64,000 bases of DNA from Candidatus Eiseniibacteriota bacterium (GCA_963792585.1 CAWBWI010000006.1:192001-256000), one strand, 5' to 3'. Shown: positions 52,260 through 64,000, counted from the stretch's first letter. Notes: generated by a model from the letters alone, not told the origin. Translations and numbers: made by a program.

Positions 52260-53144
52260 TCAACCCTTGACCGCCCCCGCCGTGAGGCCGGAGACGAGAT
52301 ACTTCTGCAGGAACAGGAATAGCAGGACCACCGGAATTGACACGATGATGGAACCCGCGGCGAAGTAGCCCCACTGCTGCTGGAAGCCTCCGACGAAGAA
52401 CCGCAGGCCGACCGGCGCCGTGTACATCGTCTCCTTGTCCATGAAGGTCGCGGCCTGAATGAATTCGTTCCATGCCGTCATGAAGGAGAAGAGGGCCGTC
52501 ACCGCGACGGCCGGTTTCGCCAGAGGGAGGATGATCTTGAAGAAGACCGTCGCGGTCGACGCGCCGTCGATCATGGCCGACTCCTCGAGTTCGCGCGGAA
52601 TCGTGTCGAAATACCCCTTCAGCATCCAGACGCAAAACGGGATTGCCGTGAGCGCATAGACGAGGATCAGTCCGATGTAGCTCGAACCTAGCTGGAGCCA
52701 CTTGACGATGATGATGTAGAGCGGGATCAGCATCAGCGTCCCCGGAAACATCTGCGAAACCAGGAACGACATCAGTCCGACCCGCCGGCCGGGGAACTTG
52801 AACCTCGAGAAAGCGTACGCGGCGGTGCACGCGAGGAAGACCCCGACCAGCGTCGTCGCGGCCGCGACGATCGCGCTGTTCAGGAGCCACCGCCCGAACG
52901 GTTGTTGCGTCATCACCGAGGTGAAGTTCGCCATCGAGATCGTCTTGGGCCACGGGACCAGGGTCCGCAGCCGGTCGAGGACGCCCGGATCCGCGGGCAG
53001 GTCGGCGAACATCAGCCCCTGCTGCCCCGAGAAGGCGATGGTGAGGACCCAGAGAATCGGATAGATGCTGATCACGACGAACAGGAGGATCACCGCATGG
53101 AGCGGCCCGTGGCGAAGCTCTCCCGTCCGGCTGCCCTTGCTCAT
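52260..53144 (-). CDS. malG: Sugar ABC transporter permease, MalG-like
   Basis: AAYAFSRFKFPGR; KGYFDTIPRELEESAMIDGAS (EAA loop); QKYLVSGLTAGAVKG. Confidence 0.9.
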   Translation of the reverse strand: MSKGSRTGELRHGPLHAVILLFVVISIYPILWVLTIAFSGQQGLMFADLPADPGVLDRLRTLVPWPKTISMANFTSVMTQQPFGRWLLNSAIVAAATTLVGVFLACTAAYAFSRFKFPGRRVGLMSFLVSQMFPGTLMLIPLYIIIVKWLQLGSSYIGLILVYALTAIPFCVWMLKGYFDTIPRELEESAMIDGASTATVFFKIILPLAKPAVAVTALFSFMTAWNEFIQAATFMDKETMYTAPVGLRFFVGGFQQQWGYFAAGSIIVSIPVVLLFLFLQKYLVSGLTAGAVKG

Positions 53145-55087
53145 ATCCCCTCCGTCGCCTTGGTGACCTTGTTCTGCCAGATCCCGTAGGCGAGGAGGAT
53201 CAGGAAGATCACGGTCGAGTATGCCGCCGCGTAACCGTACCGGTACTGTTCGAAGGCGAATTTGTACGCCTGGGTGATCAGGAGTTCCGTCGAGTGCGCG
53301 GGCTCGCCCGCCGTCACGAGGTAGATCACGTTGAATTGATTGAAGGTCCAGATCACCGACAGGATGATCGCGGGGACCAGCGCGGGCTTCAGGGACGGCA
53401 GAGTGACCGATCGGAACTGCTGCCAGCGCCCGGCGCCGTCCACGCGCGCGGCCTCATACAGATCGCTCGGGATCGATTGGAGGGCGCCGAGCGAGATGAC
53501 CATCATGAACGGGAAGGACAGCCACGCGTTCGTCGCGAGGACCGTCGCGAACGCCGTGCCGGTCTTCTCGAACCAGGCGATCGGCTGCCCTCCGAAGAGC
53601 TGGATCATCTGATTCGCGACGCCGAACTGCTGGTGAAACATCCCCTTCCAGATGAGGGCGGTGATGTAGTTCGGCATCGCCCATGGGAAGATGAGGAGCA
53701 CCCGATAGATCGGCCGCAGCGCGAACCCCTTCGTGTTCAGGATGAGCGCCAGGAAGAGACCGACCGTGACCCCGATCGTCACGTTCGAGATCGTCCAGAC
53801 GATCGTGAACATCAATGTCCAGTAGAAGTTCTGGTAGTCGAAAACGAGCCCGTCGGCGGTGTGCTTGGCGATGTTGAAATTCCCCAGGATGTCGGTGAAG
53901 TTCTTGAAGCCGGTCCAGATCTCGTTCAAGGGCTTGTCGGTGTTGTAGATCGTCGAGCCGGTGAACGATAGGGCAATCCCGTAGAAGAACGGGAAGAAGA
54001 CGAGCAGCAACATCCCGATCAAGGCCGGGAGTGCGTACGCGTAGGCCTGCCGGTGGCGGAAGAAGCCGGCGACGCCGCGCCCGGCGATCCCGAGACCGAC
54101 GAAGAGCAGGAGCCCGATCGAGAGGAGCCCGAGGAGGACGGTCGTCTTCGTGATCGCCCCGGCCGCTTGGGACTGGCTCGCTGCAATCCGCTTCACGTCG
54201 ACCGTTGCGTCGTCGGCGACGATGCCCAGCGGGCGGCGGTAGACGTCCATGTCCCACGAGGCGGGGCGTAGGGGGGACTCGATCCGAAATCCGGCGGCCT
54301 CGAGGGCCGCGCCCGCGGCCGTCCCCTCCTCCGTGATCCGGGTGACCACAGCCGACTCGATGCCGCGGATCTCCCCGGCGGTTCGATCGATGGCGTATCG
54401 GCCGTACGCCCCGACGGCGAAGATGACGAGCACGCCCGATAGGATCGCGAGGCGTGTCCTCCGCTCCCCGATCGCCATCGCGCCTGCCAGGAACAGGATC
54501 GTCGCGCCGGCGATCAGGAGAATCGCGAAGAGGGCGCTCGGTCGCGGCGGCCGCGGCACCGGCAGGGTCTCGATGTGCACGATGCCGGCCATCGCTCCAT
54601 CGATCGAGAAGGGCGCGGCCAGCTCCAACCCCCCGCCTGCGGAGGGTTTGATCTCGATCTCTTCCTTGCGCGCGGCCCCCTCGTCCCGATTCGTCTGCAC
54701 CGCGGCGCGGATCCGTTGGCCCTGATCAAAGAGCGCCTTCTCGTTCTGCGCCAGGCGCCGCGGCGCGACATTCTCGCCGACGTCTTCCGCCGCGGTCGAC
54801 GCCTCGAGCCGCGCCCCGCTGAGCGAGAGAATCCGCGAGGATCGAATCCGCGTGTGCGCGGCCGCGAAGCCCGCGACCGCGGTCCGAAGCGAGTCCCCCT
54901 GACCGCCCGCGCGCTCCACGACCTCCACCAGCGCGCCCAAGGTGACGATGGACGTCCGGCCCGCACGATCGTAGTTCTGCTGTTCGAGGGAGCGTGTCAG
55001 CAGGGCGGCGCCGATCCCCACCCCCAGCAGTGTCCCCAGCAACACGCCGACGGTGAAACGCCGGCGATGGACGGCGCGCGTCGTCAC
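53141..55087 (-). CDS. malF: Sugar ABC transporter permease, MalF-like, with long N-terminal extension
   Basis: C-terminal half has PWAMP, LGALQSIPSDLYEAARVDGA and FNQFNVIYL. About 340 extra N-terminal residues with TMs and soluble loops. Confidence 0.85.
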   Translation of the reverse strand: MTTRAVHRRRFTVGVLLGTLLGVGIGAALLTRSLEQQNYDRAGRTSIVTLGALVEVVERAGGQGDSLRTAVAGFAAAHTRIRSSRILSLSGARLEASTAAEDVGENVAPRRLAQNEKALFDQGQRIRAAVQTNRDEGAARKEEIEIKPSAGGGLELAAPFSIDGAMAGIVHIETLPVPRPPRPSALFAILLIAGATILFLAGAMAIGERRTRLAILSGVLVIFAVGAYGRYAIDRTAGEIRGIESAVVTRITEEGTAAGAALEAAGFRIESPLRPASWDMDVYRRPLGIVADDATVDVKRIAASQSQAAGAITKTTVLLGLLSIGLLLFVGLGIAGRGVAGFFRHRQAYAYALPALIGMLLLVFFPFFYGIALSFTGSTIYNTDKPLNEIWTGFKNFTDILGNFNIAKHTADGLVFDYQNFYWTLMFTIVWTISNVTIGVTVGLFLALILNTKGFALRPIYRVLLIFPWAMPNYITALIWKGMFHQQFGVANQMIQLFGGQPIAWFEKTGTAFATVLATNAWLSFPFMMVISLGALQSIPSDLYEAARVDGAGRWQQFRSVTLPSLKPALVPAIILSVIWTFNQFNVIYLVTAGEPAHSTELLITQAYKFAFEQYRYGYAAAYSTVIFLILLAYGIWQNKVTKATEGI

Positions 55088-56328
55088 TGCTTGCGCAGCC
55101 TCGCGATGGCGTCCAGGACCTCTTTCTGAGCGACCTCCATCGCAGCCTGCGGGGTCGCGGATTTCTGCACGATCGTGTTCATCGCCGTCGAAACCGGCGA
55201 CCAGACCATCGTCATCTCGACCGAGTTGGGCATCGGAACCGCGTTCTCGACCTGCTGGCGGAAGACCTTCAGAATCGGGTCCTGCCCCACCTTCGGGTCG
55301 TCATAGACCGCCTTGTTCGCGGGTGTCTGCCGCCCCTCGACGGCAAGGGTCGTCACGGAGGGCAGGTCGGTCACGTACTTGACGAAGTCGTACGCGGCTT
55401 CCTTGCTCTTGGAGGGACCGGCGATGTAGACACCCTCGACCGTCATCCAGGGCCGCATCGGCTTGCCGCCGGCCTCGTCGATCGCGGGAAGCGGCGCGAG
55501 GCCGTAGTCGATCGTCTTGGCGATCTCGCCGAGGAACCATGGACCCGAGAAGACCATGGCCGCCTTCCCATCGTTGAAGAGCGATGTGATGAGCGCCGTC
55601 GAAGGCTCGGCGGGCAGGATCCCATCCTGTTGCGCCCACTTGAGCATCAGGTCGAGAGATTGGATGTTCGCCGGCGCGTTGAGGGCCGGCTTGCCCGAGG
55701 CGTCGAAGACACCGCCGCCGAATGCGTTCATCAACGGCGCGTGGTAATAGAAGTTCGCATACCAGTATGCGAGGCCGAACTTGCCGACGGCGGGATCGGT
55801 GAGCGACTTGGCGAGCTTCACGAGTTCCGCCGACGTCTTCGGCGGCGTCGCCACAAGCTTCTTGTTGTAGATCATCGTGATGACCTTGTAGTTCAACGGC
55901 AGGCCGAAGACCTGCCCCTTGTAGGTCATCGCCTGCATCGTCGTCGGCAGGAAGCGAGCCTTCGTGGCGTCGTCGAGGAAGAAGTCGATCGGCTCGATCG
56001 TGTTCCCCGCCTCGACCCAGCCGCCAAGCCGGTCCTGGGCGTAGATGAAGATGTCGGGGCCCTTCCCCCGCGGCACCGCGGCGGTGATCTTGTCGGCAAA
56101 GGCGTCGTACGGGACGGCAAGGGTCGTCACCTTGACGCCCGAGGAGGTTTGCGCCGCGTTGTAGGCGGCGACGACCTTCTCGAACGCCGCCTTTTCTTCG
56201 CCCCGATAGGCATGCCAGACGACCAGTTCCGTCTGCGCCACCGTGATCCCGGGAAGGAGCAGGAACGCCACCGCGAGCAGGAGTCGCGTCCCCCGGAGCA
56301 TCGCATGGACACGCAGAATCCGATTCAT
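55084..56328 (-). CDS. malE: Maltose/maltodextrin-type extracellular solute-binding protein
   Basis: SD GAGGAGG before ATG 56328; LVVWH; GPDIFIYAQDRLGGW; YNKKLV; FNDGKAAM..GPW; PMPNSVEM..VW. Confidence 0.85.
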   Translation of the reverse strand: MNRILRVHAMLRGTRLLLAVAFLLLPGITVAQTELVVWHAYRGEEKAAFEKVVAAYNAAQTSSGVKVTTLAVPYDAFADKITAAVPRGKGPDIFIYAQDRLGGWVEAGNTIEPIDFFLDDATKARFLPTTMQAMTYKGQVFGLPLNYKVITMIYNKKLVATPPKTSAELVKLAKSLTDPAVGKFGLAYWYANFYYHAPLMNAFGGGVFDASGKPALNAPANIQSLDLMLKWAQQDGILPAEPSTALITSLFNDGKAAMVFSGPWFLGEIAKTIDYGLAPLPAIDEAGGKPMRPWMTVEGVYIAGPSKSKEAAYDFVKYVTDLPSVTTLAVEGRQTPANKAVYDDPKVGQDPILKVFRQQVENAVPMPNSVEMTMVWSPVSTAMNTIVQKSATPQAAMEVAQKEVLDAIARLRKQ

Positions 56329-56348
56329 GGAGATCCTCCTCACCCCGC

Positions 56349-57443
<1,095 letters not shown>

Positions 57444-57450
57444 CGTTTCC

Positions 57451-58998
57451 TCATTTCCCTTGATCGTCGCGCGCCTGCGCGACCAGAATCCGCGCGGATC
57501 GCGACGGGACGGTCGTCGTCATCGAATCCCCCGGCGCCGCGAAAGAGACGCCACCCCAGAGGTCCTCGACGGTCGAACCTCCCCAGAGCGTCGGGGTCTT
57601 GAACGTCGCGACTGCGGGGGCCGCGCCGCGATTGATCGCGATCACGACCGCATCCGCGGTCATCGTGTCCGTTTGCGAGAAGATCAGCAGGTCTCCCTTG
57701 GTCGAAAGCCCCGTGTGAAAACCGCGTGAGAGCGCGGAGTGCGCCCGGCGGATGCCGATCAGCTTCGTGTAGTTCGCGCGCATCGCCTCGTCCCGCGGCT
57801 TGCCCGCCCCCGGCAGGATCGCCCGCTCGCCCCACGGCATGTCGCTCCGGTTGTCGGGCCAATCGCCGCCGACCCGCCCGACCTCGTCCCCCCAGCAGAT
57901 CACCGGAATCCCCACGCTGGTGAACTGCAGAATCGCCGCAAGGAGGAACAGCTCGGAATCTCCCCCCAGAAGGGAGAGGGCGCCCTTGACGTCGTGACTC
58001 GAGAGGAAGTGTGCGAGCAGGTGGCCCGGACGGGTCTTCTCGCGCAGCTTCAGATACCGGTCGAAAGCGACCGTTCGCCCGTTTCCAAGCAGAAAGCCCA
58101 CGACGCTCCCCTCGAAACCGAAATCGAAACCGGCGTCCAGCTCGTCCGCGGCAAACCACGGGTCCAGGACACCGGCGTCACCACCCCAGACTTCCCCGAG
58201 AAGAAAGAAGTCTGCCGACAGCCGCTCGCGGGTGAGCCGGCGGTGTTCCTTCCAGAACGGGTGGTCGACGTGCTTGACCGTGTCGAGACGGAAGCCGTCG
58301 ATCCCGGCTCGCCGCGCGAGTGCGAGCTGCGGCTGCATGACGAGGGAGTCGACCTCGGACAACTCCGTCTTCCAGTCGGGAAGACCGGCGACGCAGAGGG
58401 TCAGGTCATCCTCTCCGCAGGTGCCGGTCTCGTTGGACCGGAGCCAGCCCTTCGTCTTCGGATCGGAGAGGTAACGGGTGTTGTACCCGGCATGGTTGTA
58501 GACCACATCGAGCAGGACGCGTACACCCCGCTGGTGGCAATCGTCGACCAGACCCTTCAGGTCTGCATCGGTACCGAAGCGAGGATCGAGGCGCGTGAAA
58601 TCGTCCGGCCAGTAGCCGTGGTAGGCCCAGTCGGGGAAGCCTGCGCCGGTCACGAATCCGTCGACGTTCTTCACGACCGGGGTGATCCAGATCGCCGTGA
58701 CTCCGAGTCCGGTGATCTCGTCGAGGTGGGCGCGCAGGCCCCTGAGATCCCCGCCGTGAAAGGTCCCCTTGGCCCCGATGTCGACCGCGAGGTTGTTCGC
58801 CGCTTCGCCATCCGCCCAACGGTCGAGCATGACGAAATAGAGCACGACATCCTGCCAGGGGGTGAAGGAGGCGGGTGGCTGGGCGGCGACTTGACCGGAG
58901 AGGACGGAACTGAGGCAAAGAATCCACCCGATCGCGGTCATACGAGCCGCGACTGCCTGGCGCCGGGACTTCGGGCCGCCATCTCCCAGCGCGGTCAT
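57451..58998 (-). CDS. Exported GH13 alpha-amylase/cyclomaltodextrinase-like enzyme; start uncertain (58998 or 58941)
   Basis: LYFVMLDRWADG, FHGGDLRG, AIWITP, YHGYW, DVVYNH, DGFRLDTVKH, LGEVW, SSHD. Confidence 0.88.
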   Translation of the reverse strand: MTALGDGGPKSRRQAVAARMTAIGWILCLSSVLSGQVAAQPPASFTPWQDVVLYFVMLDRWADGEAANNLAVDIGAKGTFHGGDLRGLRAHLDEITGLGVTAIWITPVVKNVDGFVTGAGFPDWAYHGYWPDDFTRLDPRFGTDADLKGLVDDCHQRGVRVLLDVVYNHAGYNTRYLSDPKTKGWLRSNETGTCGEDDLTLCVAGLPDWKTELSEVDSLVMQPQLALARRAGIDGFRLDTVKHVDHPFWKEHRRLTRERLSADFFLLGEVWGGDAGVLDPWFAADELDAGFDFGFEGSVVGFLLGNGRTVAFDRYLKLREKTRPGHLLAHFLSSHDVKGALSLLGGDSELFLLAAILQFTSVGIPVICWGDEVGRVGGDWPDNRSDMPWGERAILPGAGKPRDEAMRANYTKLIGIRRAHSALSRGFHTGLSTKGDLLIFSQTDTMTADAVVIAINRGAAPAVATFKTPTLWGGSTVEDLWGGVSFAAPGDSMTTTVPSRSARILVAQARDDQGK

Positions 58999-59044
58999 GG
59001 CCGGCCCAATGCCATGTCCAGGCCGCAGGGTTCCATCGCCCAGT

Positions 59045-59072
59045 AACATAATGTTTCCCCATGGGATCGCAA
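59045..59072 (-). promoter_or_regulatory. Candidate promoter and operator of the alpha-glucan operon
   Basis: TTGCGA-N16-TATGTT on the minus strand. Palindrome AACAT-A-ATGTT (59045-59055) overlaps the -10. Confidence 0.45.
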
Positions 59073-59228
59073 GGATAAACGGCGCTTTCAGTGCCCTCTG
59101 GAACCGCCCCGCGAGCGCCCCGCCAAAGGCCCCGGGCGATACGATCCGGGACCTCTGCTAAGATTTCCTGGAATCGTGTCCGAGCGCCGGGACCGATCTT
59201 CGATGATCCTGGAAGGGGGACGAATGTG

Positions 59229-60335
59229 ATGTCCTTCGATCCCGAGCTGTTCCGCGACCGACCCGAGCTCTACCGTCAGGTCTTCTACGACAGCACCGAC
59301 GCCATCGTCCTGACCGACCTCGAGGGACGGATCGTCACCGCCAATCCCGCATGGCTCACCCTCTACGGCTATGCGATCGACGAGGTCCGGGGTCAGACCA
59401 CGCGACTCATCAGGAGCGATCACACCACGACGGAGGTGTACGCGTACATGTGGTCGCGAATCAGCGATCCCGATCAGGGGTTCTGGAAGGGCGAGATCGT
59501 CAACCGGAAGCGCACGGGCGAGGAGGTTCCGGTCCTCCTGACGATCACCCCGATTCGACATGAAGCGGCGATCATCGGGTACATGGGGCTCGCCATCGAC
59601 GTGACCGAGCGACACCGGCTCGATGAGATGAGGGACCTCTACCAGCTCGTCATGCGCCACGATCTGAAGGCCCCACTTGGATCGATGATGGCGCTGCTCG
59701 AGACTCTCGCGGAGGGCTACGTCGGTCCTCTGACCTCGTCCCAGCAGGATCTGCTCGGTCGCGCCCGGCGCGCCGCGGGACGGATGCAGGAGATCATCGC
59801 CACGTCGCTCGACCTCGAGAAGCTGAAGCGCGGGACCCTGCGGCTGGACCCGACCGATACGAACCTTTTCGACGTCGTGCGGGGGAGCATCGAGACGCTT
59901 GCGGAACTCGCCGACCGCAAGGAGGTCCGGATCCGGCTCCTCGCGGATGGCAGGGTCGCGAGTGCGGAGGATCGCCTCATCTTCAGGGTAGATCCGGTCC
60001 ACCTCCAGCGCTGCGTCGACAACCTGATCAAGAACGCGATCGAGGCGTCCCCTCCCGGCCTCGCGGTCACCGTCGAATTGCTCGCATCGGACGACACCGT
60101 CCGGATCCGCGTGCACAACGGCGGCGACCCGATCCCTCCCGACGTGAGGGCCACGCTCTTCCATCCCTTCAGCACGTTCGCGAAACGCGGCGGGACCGGC
60201 CTCGGCATATACGGCGTCAAGATGGCCATCGATGCGATGGGGGGACGGGTCGACTACGAAACGGGCGCGCAGGGAACGACTTTCACAATCGAGTTGCCCC
60301 ACAATCCCGCGCCGTCCCCGGTATCGATGGCTTGA
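59229..60335 (+). CDS. Cytoplasmic PAS-domain sensor histidine kinase
   Basis: PAS (DAIVLTDLEGRIVTAN, WKGEIVNRKRTG), HisKA HDLKAPL, NLIKNAIEA, GGTGLG. Confidence 0.9.
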   Translation: MSFDPELFRDRPELYRQVFYDSTDAIVLTDLEGRIVTANPAWLTLYGYAIDEVRGQTTRLIRSDHTTTEVYAYMWSRISDPDQGFWKGEIVNRKRTGEEVPVLLTITPIRHEAAIIGYMGLAIDVTERHRLDEMRDLYQLVMRHDLKAPLGSMMALLETLAEGYVGPLTSSQQDLLGRARRAAGRMQEIIATSLDLEKLKRGTLRLDPTDTNLFDVVRGSIETLAELADRKEVRIRLLADGRVASAEDRLIFRVDPVHLQRCVDNLIKNAIEASPPGLAVTVELLASDDTVRIRVHNGGDPIPPDVRATLFHPFSTFAKRGGTGLGIYGVKMAIDAMGGRVDYETGAQGTTFTIELPHNPAPSPVSMA

Positions 60336-60443
60336 CAGGGGTTTCGGGAACTGCTTTCGTTTGTTGATTTCATAGCATCGGTTCGAAGCCGCTTCTGGAA
60401 GCCTCTTGGTGGGTGAACTCAGTGGCTGCAGAAAGGAGAAGGC

Positions 60444-61520
60444 ATGTCCGGTTCGATTCATCGTTTCTTGCTCGCCTCGGTCGTCGCGATGATGGGCCTC
60501 GCCCTCGTGTCCGGAATCACCTCCCCCGCATCCGCCGAGGAAGCGAAGAAAGAAGAGAAGAAGGAACTGATCGTCGGAAAGTGGTATCCCAGCCTCGAGA
60601 CCGGCCTCGCGTTCACCCAGGGGAGCTACTCGGACAACTGGAACGGCGGCGACAAGGGCTCGATCGTCTGGGCGCTGATCGCCAACGGCACGCTCGAGAA
60701 TCAGATGGTGCCGAAAGCCAACTGGCGGAACACGCTGAAACTCGCCTTCGGTCAGACGCACCAGCAGAAGGCGAATGACTCCGGCAGCCGCTACTGGGAA
60801 GTGCCCCAGAAGTCGACGGATCTGATCGACTTCGAGTCGCTCCTGCGATTGACGCTCGGCGCCTATGTCGATCCCTTCGCTGCGTTTGCATTCCAGAGTC
60901 AGTTCCAGGACGTGAGCGATCCCTTCGGGCGCAAGCTGGCATTCAACCCGATGCAGTTCAAGGAATCGGCCGGTATTGCCCGGAAGTTCATCGACACCGA
61001 GGACAAGGCGCTCCTGAGCCGCGTCGGATTCGCATTCCGCCAGAACTCCCGCAAGACGTTCGTCGACGTGGAAGAGCCGCTCACGACGTCGACGAAGACC
61101 GACGCGACGAACGACGGCGGCATCGAGTGGGTGACCGACTACAAGACGAAGGTGCTCGAGAAGAAGGTTTCCTGGACCTCGAAGCTCACGGTCTATCAGC
61201 CCGTGTTCTACTCCGGCAGGGGCGCGCTGAAGGACCTCTCCGCATCCTACCTGCAGACGAACGGGATCGATCCCGACGTCGCCGCGCTCTCCACGCAGAT
61301 CAGCTCAGATTGGGAGAATATCTGGTCGAGTCAAGTCACCAAGTTCATCTCGGTCGCGCTCTATACGCGGTGGATCTACGACGCCTACGACAATAGCGTG
61401 AAGCCGCTGCCGACCCCCGAGGGTGGAATCTCCAACCCCGAGGCCGTGCACTTCGGGGTCCGCAAGGCGGGTCAATTCAAGGAGACGCTGTCGATCGGTA
61501 TCACGTACCGGTTCCTGTAA
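60444..61520 (+). CDS. Exported/outer-membrane protein, DUF3078-like
   Basis: SD AAGGAG; signal peptide; [24 protein letters not shown]-terminal [15 protein letters not shown]. Confidence 0.7.
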   Translation: MSGSIHRFLLASVVAMMGLALVSGITSPASAEEAKKEEKKELIVGKWYPSLETGLAFTQGSYSDNWNGGDKGSIVWALIANGTLENQMVPKANWRNTLKLAFGQTHQQKANDSGSRYWEVPQKSTDLIDFESLLRLTLGAYVDPFAAFAFQSQFQDVSDPFGRKLAFNPMQFKESAGIARKFIDTEDKALLSRVGFAFRQNSRKTFVDVEEPLTTSTKTDATNDGGIEWVTDYKTKVLEKKVSWTSKLTVYQPVFYSGRGALKDLSASYLQTNGIDPDVAALSTQISSDWENIWSSQVTKFISVALYTRWIYDAYDNSVKPLPTPEGGISNPEAVHFGVRKAGQFKETLSIGITYRFL

Positions 61521-61569
61521 CGCACGGTTTCGCCCCACGGATCGGGGCGGAGAGGGAGGAGTTCGGATC

Positions 61570-62262
61570 ATGTCGACCGGCAAGAAGGCACTGGCGGAGT
61601 TCATCGGAACATTCTGGCTCGTGATGGGGGGATGCGGCACCGCGGTTCTCGCGGGCGACCACGTCGGCTGGCTAGGGGTCTCGCTCGCCTTCGGGCTCAC
61701 CGTGGTGACGATGGCCTATGCCATCGGCCACATCTCCGGATGCCATCTCAATCCGGCCGTATCGTGCGGACTCGTCGCCGGCGGCCGAATGCCCGCGAAA
61801 GACCTGCCCGCCTACATCGTCGCGCAGGTGCTCGGCGGGATCGCGGCGGCCCTCGTCCTGATGTTGATCCTGCAAGGCGGAAACCTCTGGGACGCGGCCA
61901 AGCAGGCCGGTTTCGCCGCGAACGGATTCGGTGAACACTCACCGAAGGGATTCGGCCTCGGCGCGGCCTTCCTGTGCGAAGTGGTGATGACCTTCATCTT
62001 CCTGCTCATCATCCATGGGGCGACCGATTCGCGCGCGCCGGCCGGGCTCGCGGGCCTCGCGATCGGTCTGACCCTGACCCTGATCCATCTGATCTCGATT
62101 CCGGTGACGAACACTTCCGTCAACCCGGCCCGCTCGACGAGCCAGGCGGTCTTCGTCGGCGGATGGGCGCTCTCGCAGCTATGGGTCTTCTGGATCGCCC
62201 CGATCATCGGCGGCGTCCTGGGCGGCCTGGTCTACAAATCGCTCGGCAAGAAGACCGCGTAA
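61570..62262 (+). CDS. aqpZ: Aquaporin Z
   Basis: [45 protein letters not shown]. Confidence 0.95.
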   Translation: MSTGKKALAEFIGTFWLVMGGCGTAVLAGDHVGWLGVSLAFGLTVVTMAYAIGHISGCHLNPAVSCGLVAGGRMPAKDLPAYIVAQVLGGIAAALVLMLILQGGNLWDAAKQAGFAANGFGEHSPKGFGLGAAFLCEVVMTFIFLLIIHGATDSRAPAGLAGLAIGLTLTLIHLISIPVTNTSVNPARSTSQAVFVGGWALSQLWVFWIAPIIGGVLGGLVYKSLGKKTA

Positions 62263-62340
62263 CGGGTTCTCAATCGGAATAGGGGGCGGCGGTTCGTCCG
62301 TCTCTTCCAAGCCTGTGCCCATGCCGGGCGCACGCGTGGA

Positions 62341-62375
62341 AAAGCCCCCCGGTAGCGCTGCTCCGGGGGGCCTTC
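62341..62375 (-). terminator. Intrinsic terminator between convergent aqpZ and RNB genes
   Basis: GCCCCCCGG...CCGGGGGGC stem followed by TTTT on the minus strand. Confidence 0.7.
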
Positions 62376-62402
62376 GATCATTCGTTGCCGCGGGTCTCCC
62401 GC

Positions 62403-63878
62403 TCAGTGATTCGTCCGCCGGAAGTCGATGTAGCCGTTCTCCACGTCCGTGTGGATCAACTGGACGCGGACCCGGTCGCCCACGTCGAGTCCCCCGGCAC
62501 CCTCCTCGATCCTTCCCTCGACCGGCGGGCTGAAGATGCGCGCCCAGGTTCCCTTGGGCGAGGCGCCGGTGACGACCCCTTCGAAGCGATCGCCGATGCG
62601 TCCTTCGAGCAGGAGCGCCGCGGCGGACTTGCTCACCAGCCGTTCGACCTTCTCCGCGTCGTTCTCCTTCTCGGTGCAGTGACGCGCGAGGGTGACCAGC
62701 TCGGCGTCGCTGTAAGGGGGCTTATCGCCGGCGAGCGCCGCCTTGATGAGCCGCTGTGTGATCAGGTCGGGAAAGCGCCGATTCGGGGCCGTCGAGTGCG
62801 AGTAGTCCCGCACGGCGAGACCAAAGTGGCCCACCGACGACTCGCCCGGCAGCTCCACCGAGTACTCGCCCCGGCCCATCAACTTGATGACGGCGAGGGA
62901 TAGATCGGGGAAACGGAGCGGGTCGGCGGTCCGGCGCTTCGCCAGGAAGCGGCCGAGTGCGATCGAGTCGGGTTCCGACGGGAGCTTCTCCCCCAGCGTG
63001 CCGGCAAGATCCACGATCCGCGCCCATCGATCGGGAGAGCGGACCACGCGCCGCAGCGAGGGGAACCCACGCGCCTGGAGGAACCGCGCGGTGACGCCGT
63101 TGGCGGCGATCATGAAGTCTTCGATGAGGTCCTTGGCGCGGTTCTTCTCCTCCGCGGTCAGGTCGGCGATCGTATCGCCGTCGAACACGGCGCGCGCCTC
63201 GATCGTCTGCAGATCCAGGGCGCCTTGCTCGTGCCGCGATTCCTTGAGGCGCTGGGCCACCTGGTCCTGGAGTCGCAGGTTCGCCTCGAGCCCGGGAACG
63301 GCCGCGATAGCGGCAGGCGCCGGCGCTTCGCCTTCGAGCCAGGCGCCGACGGCATTGTAGGCGAGCTTCGCATGATTGCGAACGAGGGCGCGGTATACGT
63401 CCGATCCCCGCACATTCCCGTCCGGGCCGACCGTGATCTCGACCACGACGGCGGCGCGGTCCTCGCCGTCGTTGAGCGACGTCAGATCCGTCGAGAGGCG
63501 CTCGGGCAGCATCGGAAAGATCTCCGCGGCGGTGTAGACGGAGGTTGTGTTGACCCGCGCGTGATCGTCGATCGCCGAGCCTTTGCGGACACGCGAATCG
63601 ACATCCGCGACGGCGATGAAGATCTTCGCCGCCCCACCGTCGAGCGCTTGGGCGACGGTCAACTGGTCGAGGTCCCGCGAGTTGTCGTTGTCGATCGACG
63701 CCCAGAGAAGGGAGCGCAGATCCTTCGCGCCCGCAGGAGGCTTCAGGGGTTCCCTCTCGATGATGGCCAACTCATCGAGCGATTCCGGAGAGAACTGGGG
63801 AAGGAGTCCCCGCTGCGCCATGACGCGCTGCGCGATCCTTTGGAGCCTCACACGATGGGAGATCTTGTGGTTGTTCAT
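62403..63878 (-). CDS. RNB-domain (RNase II/R family) exoribonuclease, short form with C-terminal S1
   Basis: SIDNDNSRDLDQ, IAVADV, TSVY..PMLP, LIEDFMIAAN, HFGLA..YSHSTAPNRRFPDL. Probable start ATG 63878. Confidence 0.9.
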   Translation of the reverse strand: MNNHKISHRVRLQRIAQRVMAQRGLLPQFSPESLDELAIIEREPLKPPAGAKDLRSLLWASIDNDNSRDLDQLTVAQALDGGAAKIFIAVADVDSRVRKGSAIDDHARVNTTSVYTAAEIFPMLPERLSTDLTSLNDGEDRAAVVVEITVGPDGNVRGSDVYRALVRNHAKLAYNAVGAWLEGEAPAPAAIAAVPGLEANLRLQDQVAQRLKESRHEQGALDLQTIEARAVFDGDTIADLTAEEKNRAKDLIEDFMIAANGVTARFLQARGFPSLRRVVRSPDRWARIVDLAGTLGEKLPSEPDSIALGRFLAKRRTADPLRFPDLSLAVIKLMGRGEYSVELPGESSVGHFGLAVRDYSHSTAPNRRFPDLITQRLIKAALAGDKPPYSDAELVTLARHCTEKENDAEKVERLVSKSAAALLLEGRIGDRFEGVVTGASPKGTWARIFSPPVEGRIEEGAGGLDVGDRVRVQLIHTDVENGYIDFRRTNH

Positions 63879-64000
63879 GATTCCAATATACATCACGGAA
63901 CGGTCGGGCCGACTCGGCCCGGCCCGGAAACCGGAACCGCGCCCGCCCCGGATCGATCCGGGTCGGGCGCGGCCCATTCGGGGCGGCGGCTCCTTCGCTT

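Noticed and set aside
58999..59049. ATG 59049 as start of the GH13 gene
   Set aside because: It overlaps the candidate -10 element and has no SD. Downstream ATGs give a more normal signal peptide.

Overview
High-GC chromosomal window from a diderm bacterium with no rRNA, tRNA, CRISPR array or recognisable transposase. In order it carries: a 5'-truncated selenocysteine-containing selD; a tricorn-type S41 protease; a fatty-acid desaturase; an outer-membrane barrel gene; a cyclic beta-1,2-glucan synthase split by a frameshift; a HEAT-repeat/HD-GYP pair; three glycosyltransferases; a Rho paralog lacking its RNA-binding domain; a DmpA-GNAT fusion operon; a TetR-TolC-MFP-RND efflux operon with a frameshifted RND; an SPFH/zinc-ribbon pair; a large repeat-flanked HNH protein; a porin and an MCP; an alpha-glucan/maltodextrin uptake locus with an unrecognised outer-membrane protein; a PAS kinase, a DUF3078-like protein, aqpZ and an RNB nuclease. 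The strongest novel signal is at 6322-7344. The barrel ORF annotated from 6403 extends upstream through an in-frame UGA to an SD-led ATG and signal peptide, giving a mature N-terminus G-G-C-G-U. The UGA is followed by a hairpin that closely matches the SECIS-like hairpin after the selD UGA, so this is a candidate exported selenoprotein beta-barrel. All calls come from reading the sequence; no database searches were run.
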